13,692 nt of DNA, taken from Candidatus Micrarchaeota archaeon (GTDB lineage: Archaea; Micrarchaeota; Micrarchaeia; Micrarchaeales; CABMGC01). Below the pieces are notes generated by a model that had not been told where the DNA came from, did no database searches, and saw only the letters and a program-made list of their open reading frames with translations. Of this stretch, positions 1 through 6,207 are shown in pieces (position 1 is the stretch's first letter; every line of letters starts with the position of its first letter). The stretch covers positions 1-13,692 of the forward strand of contig DAHVMJ010000018.1 in the NCBI GenBank assembly GCA_027319905.1. Reading direction: 5' to 3'. The position numbers and the translations under genes are program-made.

Positions 1-1
1 C

Positions 2-439
2 ATTCCCGCCATCAGCCAGGTGCTGGAGCAGTCGGTGCGCATTGTGCTGTTGATGGCGGCGCTGGCGGCGGGAGGGGCGGCTGGCGCGTCTGAGGAGACG
101 ATGGGCCGTGCACGAGATAGGGTATCAAAACTCGTGCATGCATTCTACGAACCCAAAAATGGAATGATAGGCGGGACTAACGTCAATGCGATGGTAGAGG
201 AGAGAATGGGCCAGGTGCCCACTGTGACACAGATGCGAACGGACAGATGGGAGGGCGAAGAGAAGTGGTGGGACAAGCACGTCTCCAGCCCTGTGGCAAA
301 CTCCCGACTCTACCATGCGATAACAGACAAAAATGAGGAGGGCAAGTCGGGGCTTGAGAGAGCCACGGACATAGCGAATACGCTTGAGAGTGGAAAGACG
401 GACTGGGTAAGGAGACACGCCAAGCGGGGCAAGAAGTAG
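2..439 (+). CDS. Hypothetical protein, probably 5'-truncated by the window edge, with one hydrophobic segment
   Basis: The frame of ORF 20..439 stays open back to position 2. Hydrophobic stretch IVLLMAALAAGGAAG. No family recognised. Confidence 0.6.
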   Translation: MPAISQVLEQSVRIVLLMAALAAGGAAGASEETMGRARDRVSKLVHAFYEPKNGMIGGTNVNAMVEERMGQVPTVTQMRTDRWEGEEKWWDKHVSSPVANSRLYHAITDKNEEGKSGLERATDIANTLESGKTDWVRRHAKRGKK

Positions 440-492
440 CGTGTGGGGCGACGCTGACCCTGTTTCTTATACAGCAGAAATGCTAATCTGGT

Positions 493-621
493 CTAGAACT
501 CTTCTGACTCGTCGCTGTCGAAGTCGTCGTCGCCCTCGTCCGCGTCGTCGAGGTCGTCATCTGAGTCTTCGTCGTCGCTGTCGTCGTTGTTCGTGTCTTC
601 GTCGTCTTCTTTCTTCGCCAT
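493..621 (-). CDS. Highly acidic microprotein, 42 aa (MAKKEDDEDTNNDDSDDEDSDDDLDDADEGDDDFDSDESEEF)
   Basis: Translated by hand: ATG at 621 (alternative in-frame ATG at 633), TAG at 495-493. GAC/GAA codons stay in frame throughout. GGTG upstream of the ATG and TTTAAATA at 680-673. Confidence 0.7.
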   Translation of the reverse strand: MAKKEDDEDTNNDDSDDEDSDDDLDDADEGDDDFDSDESEEF

Positions 622-672
622 GATGGGCACCATTTCGGAATTTCCCGAACGAATCTGTTTGCAGGGCTAAAC

Positions 673-680
673 TATTTAAA
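673..680 (-). promoter_or_regulatory. Putative archaeal TATA box for the acidic microprotein gene
   Basis: TTTAAATA on the minus strand in an otherwise GC-rich intergenic region, about 50 nt upstream of ATG 621. Confidence 0.5.
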
Positions 681-750
681 GGTATGCAAACGCGCAGTGG
701 TCGGACTGGGCCAATAGACTACGACAGAGCCAGCGTGCCACGTACATTCG

Positions 751-2427
751 TTAGTCAGTTGTGGCTACGGCTGCAATCTCCAACCCCTTCTGCAAAGGCC
801 CCTTCGCAGTCTCCAGCCCTGCGTTCCTGAATGCCATGGCAAGAGCCAGATGCCTCGCCACCCAATCGTTCAGGGTCTCGTCCGCTTCCCGTACGCTGAT
901 GTTGTTGGCGCTGGAGAAGATGCTCACCACATCCCAATAGGTCTTCATGCTTCGCTCGATAAGCTCGCTCTCATCCCACTTGACCATATCCTGGAAGTGA
1001 TCTACCATCGTGTCCACGTACTCCTGGGTCATGTTCTTCTTCTCCTGCTTTATGTCAAAGCGCTTACAGAACTTGTCTATAGTTTCGTCAAGCCTCCGCC
1101 TCTGATATTCGAGCGTCTTTCTGTCTGACTCGCTTAGGTTAGAGAAGGATTGCGGCAGAGCGTATGCCACCTCCACATAGACCTGCTGGAACATTCCGTT
1201 GAGGCGCTTGCGCTCGTCGGTTGAGGGTTTGGTCTTTTTGCTATTGAATTTCTCGATTACCTCATCTACGCGCCTGCCCACCAATGCTTCCAGCTTATCT
1301 TTGGCTTCTTCGTTAGCTTCCTCCAGTAGGACCTCTGGGGTGCGTAGTATCACCGAGTTGGATAGGCCGTACTTCTTGAGCTCGTCGGCGTCGCCGTCGG
1401 CCATCTTGTTGATGAACGTGTAGGTGCCGTATGCACCCTTCTTGCCCTCTTCCAGCGCAGCACGTATCGCGTTCCTCTTTATTGTTATCTCCTCATACTC
1501 CTCAATTGCCTTCCTTATCTCGGCCTTGTCCAGCAGCTTGGAGAGGTCTGTCACCTTGCGCGCCTGACCGGTCTTGCTCTCCAGCCCGAAGTGCTGCCCG
1601 AGTGCATATAGCCTGCCGCCCCTGCCGCTCTTGTTCTGGTACTGCTGCAGTTCATGGAAGAGAGCATCCAGAGTGCCGAGCTCCGTGCCCTCGCCCCATA
1701 GCGCCTTGGCCTTGGCATCCAGCCTCTTGCCCTCCTGCTTCAGCATGCTCTGATACTCGTCTATGTTCGCGTATTTGCCCTTGCCGAACTGTCCGGCAAG
1801 ATCCTTGATTCCCAACTCCTTAGTCCCGTCCTGATTCGTCCTACCCTCCTGCGCCTTCTCGCGCGCCTCTTCGAATGCGCTGTCAAACTCCAGATTCAGC
1901 AGCTCTGAGGACTTCCTCTCACTCTCTTCAAGCGCTTTGCGCTCGCTCAGTTCATACACATATCTGTTCCTGCTCTCCTGCGCCTTCTCGTCAGCCTTTC
2001 TCAGCGATTCGGGTAGCTGCGTCTGCCTCGCCTCGATCTCATTCTCAAGCTCCTCTATCGCATCAGCTTCTCCCTTTATCGATTCCTTGGGCGACGCGTC
2101 GTCATTTACAAGCTCGGATAGCGCCATCCTCTTGGTCTCCAGCATGCCTCTCATGGCAAGCATGTCGTCGTAGCCAGAACGTTGGTCTGCGCTTAGCTTC
2201 TGGAGCTCGGTCTTCACTTTCTGGTCGGCCGCATCCATCCTGCTCTTTGCCTCCTGTTCCTCTGCTTTCTGTCCGGCTATGCGTGCAGGCAATGAATCCA
2301 CTATGGTTGTCAGCTCAACTCCGAAGAGGCTGCTCATCCTCTCCGCCATCTCAGCTGGTTTCTCCTCGTTTCCTGTCTTGCCAAGAGAAGCTTTCCACTT
2401 GTCATCTTGCTTTACTCCCACAACCAT
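751..2427 (-). CDS. Large charged, helical/coiled-coil hypothetical protein (about 558 aa)
   Basis: Long E/K/A/L-rich ORF. Start moved to ATG 2427 (preceded by GTGAG) because the ORF-track start at 2523 overlaps tRNA-Ala and its AT-rich promoter region. Confidence 0.8.
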   Translation of the reverse strand: MVVGVKQDDKWKASLGKTGNEEKPAEMAERMSSLFGVELTTIVDSLPARIAGQKAEEQEAKSRMDAADQKVKTELQKLSADQRSGYDDMLAMRGMLETKRMALSELVNDDASPKESIKGEADAIEELENEIEARQTQLPESLRKADEKAQESRNRYVYELSERKALEESERKSSELLNLEFDSAFEEAREKAQEGRTNQDGTKELGIKDLAGQFGKGKYANIDEYQSMLKQEGKRLDAKAKALWGEGTELGTLDALFHELQQYQNKSGRGGRLYALGQHFGLESKTGQARKVTDLSKLLDKAEIRKAIEEYEEITIKRNAIRAALEEGKKGAYGTYTFINKMADGDADELKKYGLSNSVILRTPEVLLEEANEEAKDKLEALVGRRVDEVIEKFNSKKTKPSTDERKRLNGMFQQVYVEVAYALPQSFSNLSESDRKTLEYQRRRLDETIDKFCKRFDIKQEKKNMTQEYVDTMVDHFQDMVKWDESELIERSMKTYWDVVSIFSSANNISVREADETLNDWVARHLALAMAFRNAGLETAKGPLQKGLEIAAVATTD

Positions 2428-2476
2428 CTCACTACCCCAGTTTAAATAGTGGCTCTTGCTATATTTAAGCATTAGC

Positions 2477-2484
2477 TTTATATT
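2477..2484 (+). promoter_or_regulatory. Putative TATA box of the tRNA-Ala/nac transcript
   Basis: TTTATATT begins 32 nt upstream of tRNA G1, a spacing also seen at tRNA-Val and the tRNA-Gly fragment. Confidence 0.55.
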
Positions 2485-2508
2485 GAGAGAAACCGTTGAA
2501 GTTGAGGA

Positions 2509-2580
2509 GGGCTCCTGGCGCAACGGTAGCGCGTCCGCTTTGCAGGCGGAAGGTTGCGGGTTCGAATCCCGCGGAGTCCA
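2509..2580 (+). tRNA. tRNA-Ala(TGC)
   Basis: Cloverleaf: GGGCTCC/GGAGTCC with the G3:U70 Ala identity pair, GCGC/GCGC D-stem, TCCGC-TT TGC AG-GCGGA, GCGGG-TTCGAAT-CCCGC, discriminator A, no encoded CCA. Confidence 0.97.
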
Positions 2581-2594
2581 TTATGGTTGATTCG

Positions 2595-2939
2595 ATGTTT
2601 CCGAACGTAGATCCGAAGAAGCTGCAGGGGATGCTTGATAAGCTAGGCATAAAGAGCACCGAGATAGAGAGCGTGCAGGTCATAATACGCTGCAACGACA
2701 GAGACATAATAGTGGACGAGCCGCAGGTCACGCTCGTGGAGGGCCAGGGGATGCGCAGCTTCCAGATAAGCGGAAACGTACGTGAAGTTGATAGGAGCAA
2801 GCCGGAGATTAGCGACGATGATGTAGCATTTGTCCAGGAGCAGACTGGCGTGCGTGACGCTGAACTTGTAAGGAGGACTCTGGAAGAGACGGGCGGAGAC
2901 AACGCCGCCGCGATACTCAGGCTGAAGAAACAGCAGTAG
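2595..2939 (+). CDS. nac: Nascent polypeptide-associated complex protein (archaeal NAC)
   Basis: MFPNVDPKKLQGMLDKLGIKSTEI NAC domain, FQISG, and C-terminal UBA-like DDDVAFVQEQTGV...GGDNAAAILRL. Alternative ATG at 2583. Confidence 0.92.
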   Translation: MFPNVDPKKLQGMLDKLGIKSTEIESVQVIIRCNDRDIIVDEPQVTLVEGQGMRSFQISGNVREVDRSKPEISDDDVAFVQEQTGVRDAELVRRTLEETGGDNAAAILRLKKQQ

Positions 2940-2941
2940 CG

Positions 2942-3100
2942 CTAGCCCCGAATGTCGAGATCCGTCTTGTCCATCTTTATGACTATCGTCTTCGCTTCCT
3001 CCTTTCTATGAAGTGATTTCTGCACAGCCTCCAGTATGTCCTTCAAGCGCTCCTTTGTGGACTCGCGTCTTTCCTTCTGTTCTTTCGTATCGTTCGTCAC
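2942..3100 (-). CDS. Small charged hypothetical protein (52 aa)
   Basis: Translated by hand from GTG 3100 to TAG 2944-2942: MTNDTKEQKERRESTKERLKDILEAVQKSLHRKEEAKTIVIKMDKTDLDIRG. Purine-rich codons like neighbouring genes. Converges on nac with a 2-nt gap. Confidence 0.55.
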   Translation of the reverse strand: MTNDTKEQKERRESTKERLKDILEAVQKSLHRKEEAKTIVIKMDKTDLDIRG

Positions 3101-3142
3101 GTTATCGCTCTGACACTGGGACCGCCCATTAATAAGGATTGG

Positions 3143-3151
3143 CTCTGTGGC
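3143..3151 (+). repeat. Left target-site duplication CTCTGTGGC
   Basis: Identical to 3600-3608 and abuts the left terminal inverted repeat. Confidence 0.88.
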
Positions 3152-3287
3152 GGCTTTGTTTAAAAATCGAAAATCTGTTTAATAATTGCCGAATTTGTTA
3201 AAAATCAAAATAACAAATCGTCTTATATAGTTTGTAAATTTAATCAACATATATGAAGGGAGAAATATACAATATTTTCGTGATTCA

Positions 3288-3515
3288 ATGACTGTAAAAG
3301 GACATGTGAGTAGAATTGCATTGTATGCCGTTGGTGCTTTTGGCGCGGAACAAACAATGGATAAGGCGATAATACTATCTAAGGGCATAGATTTCTATAA
3401 TGCTTTTAGCTCCAGTCTTAGAGGCGTAGTTGCAGAAGTTGGTGTAGCTGCTGTTGGTGCAGCATTGACAGCCGCTCTGTTCGCAGCAGCGAGAAAATAC
3501 ACAAACAAGGAATGA
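3288..3515 (+). CDS. Small Ala/Gly/Val-rich predicted membrane protein (75 aa), cargo of the cassette
   Basis: ATG..TGA ORF inside the element. Hydrophobic VGVAAVGAALTAALFAAA followed by RKYTNKE. AT-rich upstream region and a hairpin downstream. Confidence 0.65.
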   Translation: MTVKGHVSRIALYAVGAFGAEQTMDKAIILSKGIDFYNAFSSSLRGVVAEVGVAAVGAALTAALFAAARKYTNKE

Positions 3516-3525
3516 CTTCTAAATG

Positions 3526-3553
3526 GAGCTCGGCTATATGCCAAGCTCGTTTT
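3526..3553 (+). terminator. Putative terminator hairpin of the cargo gene
   Basis: GAGCT-C-GGC-TATAT-GCC-A-AGCTC imperfect stem-loop followed by GTTTT, 10 nt after the stop codon. Confidence 0.4.
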
Positions 3554-3599
3554 AAAATCGCTGAAAGTGTTTAGAAATCAGCAATTATTAAACAAAGCC

Positions 3600-3608
3600 C
3601 TCTGTGGC
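3600..3608 (+). repeat. Right target-site duplication CTCTGTGGC
   Basis: Identical to 3143-3151 and abuts the right terminal inverted repeat. Confidence 0.88.
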
Positions 3609-3621
3609 GCTGTCTGCGGAT

Positions 3622-3933
3622 CTAGAAGTCCATCTTGAATATTTGGACGAATGGGACGTCGCCCACCTTCTTCACGTCTCCCTCTGCCACGATGCCCTTG
3701 TTCATCATCACGGCCACCGACCTCTCGCCCACTATGTTAGCAGAGCGTATCTCCGCGCCGTCTACCATCGCGCTCGCCTTCTCCTCGCTCACGAGCTCGC
3801 CCTTGTAGAACGCGGCGTACCTGTCAAGATCTATGAGCAGCCTGCCCTGCTTCAGCACCATGCCTATCAGCTCCTCGTCGCACATGGCTATTATCGCACC
3901 CTCCTCAGCAAGATGCTTCTTCAGGAAGATCAT
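3622..3933 (-). CDS. DUF424 family protein
   Basis: IIAMCDEELIG...FYKGE...SANIVGERSV...VPFVQI matches the archaeal DUF424 pattern as I recall it. Confidence 0.88.
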   Translation of the reverse strand: MIFLKKHLAEEGAIIAMCDEELIGMVLKQGRLLIDLDRYAAFYKGELVSEEKASAMVDGAEIRSANIVGERSVAVMMNKGIVAEGDVKKVGDVPFVQIFKMDF

Positions 3934-3942
3934 TGAATCGCG

Positions 3943-5493
3943 TCAGTGATATTTTGCGAAGAAGAAGAAGGCGGAGCTGTAGAGTATTCCATACCAGAGC
4001 AGCCACAGCGCGCCAGAGATGTTGTACACGAGGAATGCTATGAAGCTTGTGGCGAAGAGGAGCACAGAGAACCCTATCTCGAGCGGAGCCTTTGTGAGCG
4101 CAGTGAGCGCGGGATTGGAGCGCAGCAGCTGCATGCTGCCCTTGGGCCAGCGCGGCGTCTGAGAGAGCACCGCGGCGAGCGCTCCCTTGAGCCTGATGAA
4201 CGAGAGGGCGAAGTTCAGCGTGAACATCATTACGCCCTTGGAGTAGGAGTTGAAGTACGCCTTTGTAAGCGCGACAGGTATGAATATGGAGAGCAGGAAG
4301 GCGGTTATGCCGAGTATCTCGAGGTTGAGCGCCGTATACGGAGGCGCGAATACCTGTTTTATCGAGGCGAAAGCGAAAGGCGCGGCGGAGAGCACTATAA
4401 GCATGGATACAACAGTGAAGAGTATCAGTATCGAGGAGAGGTAGTTGAGGCCGAAGCCGTGCGCCGTGTAATCTATTTTGGAAAGCGCAGAGAGCGCTGC
4501 CCGTGTACTCGCCTTCCTGCGTTTCCAGAAGTAGAAGAGGAACTGGGTGTCTCCGTAGTTGTAGCGCCACTGCTGCTGCGCCAGCTCGGTGAAGCTGGTC
4601 ATGGGCTTGCCGAGAGCGTAGACCCTGGGTATGTGCAGCCCCTTGAAGTTGTGCGCATCTGATTCAAAGCTGAAGAATGTGTCTTCGGTGATGTATGGCG
4701 GGAAGCCGCCAACTTCTTCGAGCGCAGACCTCCTGACTATGGCGCACGAGCCCGCGAAGAGGGCGGTGCCGTTCATCACCCTCGACGGCTGTATGAGCTT
4801 GAAAAAGAGCGCGTCGAAGAGATCGACCGTGTCTGAGAAGAACGTGCCCCTCGCAGACCTCTTTTCTGTCTGCACGAAAGATACCTTCGGATCCTGGAAG
4901 TACGGAAGCAGATCCAGCAGGAAGTTCTTATCGGTCAGGTATTCGTCCGAATCGAAGTACGCGAGGAACTCCTCGTTGGTCTTCTTGAGCATCTCGTTCA
5001 TGGCTCCTGCCTTGAAGTTCTCGCGCTTGTCCCTGTGCATGTACACTGCACCGTTCTCGGCGCTGATGCGCTTCGTGGCGTTCGCGATGCCAGGATTTGT
5101 TGAGTCATCGAGCACGTAGAACCTGAGCTTGCGTTTGTTGTATCGCAGTTCTCTGAACCTGGCCAGGTTCTTCGCCAGCATCTCCGGTTCTTCGTTGTAT
5201 ACCGGCACTACCACGGCCACGCTCGGATAGCTCTTCATTGGTTTGAGCTTGCTCTTCAGCTTGTCGAGGTATTCTGTGTAGAAATAGGAGCGGAAGTAGG
5301 AATAGGAAGATACTATGTTGAACACTCCTGACACAAGGGACAGCACTGTGAAAGATATTGCCACCACGTACACAAACGGGCTGTCTGCAGTTATTATCAG
5401 GTACACCGAGAATATCAGGCTTACGGAGGTCAGGATGAAGAAGAGAGCGATCAGCGCCACTCTGGACAAAACTCCGTTAGGAATCAACCTCAA
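3943..5493 (-). CDS. GT2 processive glycosyltransferase, cellulose synthase (BcsA)-like membrane protein
   Basis: Two N-terminal TM segments, VPVYNE, VLDDS, KAGAMN, FDSD (DxD), FAGS, ITED, QQWRY (QxxRW variant), several C-terminal TM segments. TTG start. Confidence 0.9.
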   Translation of the reverse strand: MRLIPNGVLSRVALIALFFILTSVSLIFSVYLIITADSPFVYVVAISFTVLSLVSGVFNIVSSYSYFRSYFYTEYLDKLKSKLKPMKSYPSVAVVVPVYNEEPEMLAKNLARFRELRYNKRKLRFYVLDDSTNPGIANATKRISAENGAVYMHRDKRENFKAGAMNEMLKKTNEEFLAYFDSDEYLTDKNFLLDLLPYFQDPKVSFVQTEKRSARGTFFSDTVDLFDALFFKLIQPSRVMNGTALFAGSCAIVRRSALEEVGGFPPYITEDTFFSFESDAHNFKGLHIPRVYALGKPMTSFTELAQQQWRYNYGDTQFLFYFWKRRKASTRAALSALSKIDYTAHGFGLNYLSSILILFTVVSMLIVLSAAPFAFASIKQVFAPPYTALNLEILGITAFLLSIFIPVALTKAYFNSYSKGVMMFTLNFALSFIRLKGALAAVLSQTPRWPKGSMQLLRSNPALTALTKAPLEIGFSVLLFATSFIAFLVYNISGALWLLWYGILYSSAFFFFAKYH

Positions 5494-5565
5494 TCTAGCC
5501 CCCTATTGTTGCGAAATACAGGTATTAGATGCTTATATTAATTAAGCCTTAAGATACGTATCGAT

Positions 5566-5652
5566 GCCGGGGTGGCAGAATCTGGTCATCGCGCTGGTCC
5601 CGAAAACCAGTGCCCGTTTACGGGCTTTTGGGTTCAAATCCCAACCCCGGCG
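5566..5652 (+). tRNA. tRNA-Ser(CGA)
   Basis: GCCGGGG/CCCCGGC acceptor stem, CTGGT-CC CGA AA-ACCAG, long variable arm GCCCG-TTTA-CGGGC, TTGGG-TTCAAAT-CCCAA, discriminator G. Confidence 0.95.
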
Positions 5653-5704
5653 ATGTTGACTAGATACAATTAAATATCTTCAAATGAAGATGATAGTGGG
5701 CGAA

Positions 5705-5929
5705 ATGAAGAGATACTTTAGAGTTATGCTTGAGAAGGACGAGGATGGCATGTATATAGCCACAGTCCCTGAGCTTCCGGGCTGCGTGTCCGACGGGAAA
5801 ACAAGGAAGCAGGCGCTGAAGAATGTAAGAGAAGCCATAGCTGGCTATCTTGAATCACTGAAGAAATATAAGTGGGCAATGCCGAAACTTCTAGGTGAGG
5901 AGAAGATAGCGGTTGAGCTGAATGCCTAA
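5705..5929 (+). CDS. hicB: HicB family antitoxin, short form
   Basis: EKDEDGMYIATVPELPGCVSDGKTRKQALKNVREAI is the HicB N-terminal signature. ATG 5705 is preferred over 5684 because of TTAAATAT at 5670-5677. Confidence 0.92.
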   Translation: MKRYFRVMLEKDEDGMYIATVPELPGCVSDGKTRKQALKNVREAIAGYLESLKKYKWAMPKLLGEEKIAVELNA

Positions 5930-6146
5930 AGTGCCTCTCGTATCCGCAAGTGCGATTGTGAACGCTTTGGGCAAAGTCGGATACACATTTGACAGGCAGA
6001 GAGGAAGCCATATTATTTTAGTGAATGTTGCCAAGCGCAAAATCGCAGTTGTACCCAATAGGAAAGAAGTGCCTAGAGGAACCCTTCGGACTATAATAAG
6101 GGAAACCGATCTGACTCTTGAGGAGTTTTTAGGACTTCTAGAATAA
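5922..6146 (+). CDS. hicA: HicA family toxin (mRNA interferase)
   Basis: LGKVGYTFDRQRGSHIIL...VVP...EVPRGTLRTII with the conserved GSH. Overlaps hicB by 8 nt. Confidence 0.93.
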   Translation: MPKVPLVSASAIVNALGKVGYTFDRQRGSHIILVNVAKRKIAVVPNRKEVPRGTLRTIIRETDLTLEEFLGLLE

Positions 6147-6207
6147 AGAGACAACTTTGGGGTTCGAGCAGATCGATCCGCGTATCTTTTGCCTGGCCGC
6201 CTTTCTT

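Larger units (their letters stand above)
3152..3599. mobile_element. Non-autonomous 448-bp MITE-like cassette with IS903-like (IS5 family) ends and one passenger ORF
   Basis: Terminal inverted repeats GGCTTTGTTTAAAAATCG and GGCTTTGTTTAATAATTG (12 bp perfect, 16/18 overall), perfect 9-bp flanking direct repeat, AT-rich interior, no transposase. Confidence 0.88.

Noticed and set aside
441..623. Plus-strand Arg-rich 60-aa ORF and apparent (GTC)n microsatellite
   Set aside because: Antisense shadow of the Asp codons of the minus-strand acidic microprotein.
2428..2582. N-terminal extensions of ORFs 751..2523 and 2496..2939, and ORF 2465..2902
   Set aside because: They run through tRNA-Ala and its promoter. 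Better starts exist at 2427 and 2583/2595.
3152..3215. Regularly spaced repeats as a mini-CRISPR array
   Set aside because: Units are about 13 bp with about 7-bp gaps, degenerate, with no cas genes. They are explained as transposon-end repeats.
3946..5119. Long alternative-frame ORFs over the GT2 gene, and similar ones over truD, the epimerase, GGGPS and Rqc2
   Set aside because: Shadows of well-supported genes with GC-rich third positions. No recognisable motifs.
6155..6167. CTTTGGGGTTCGA resembling the tRNA-Ser T-arm, as a possible att duplicate bounding hicBA
   Set aside because: Only 11 of 13 bases match, the similarity does not extend to the acceptor stem, and no integrase is nearby.
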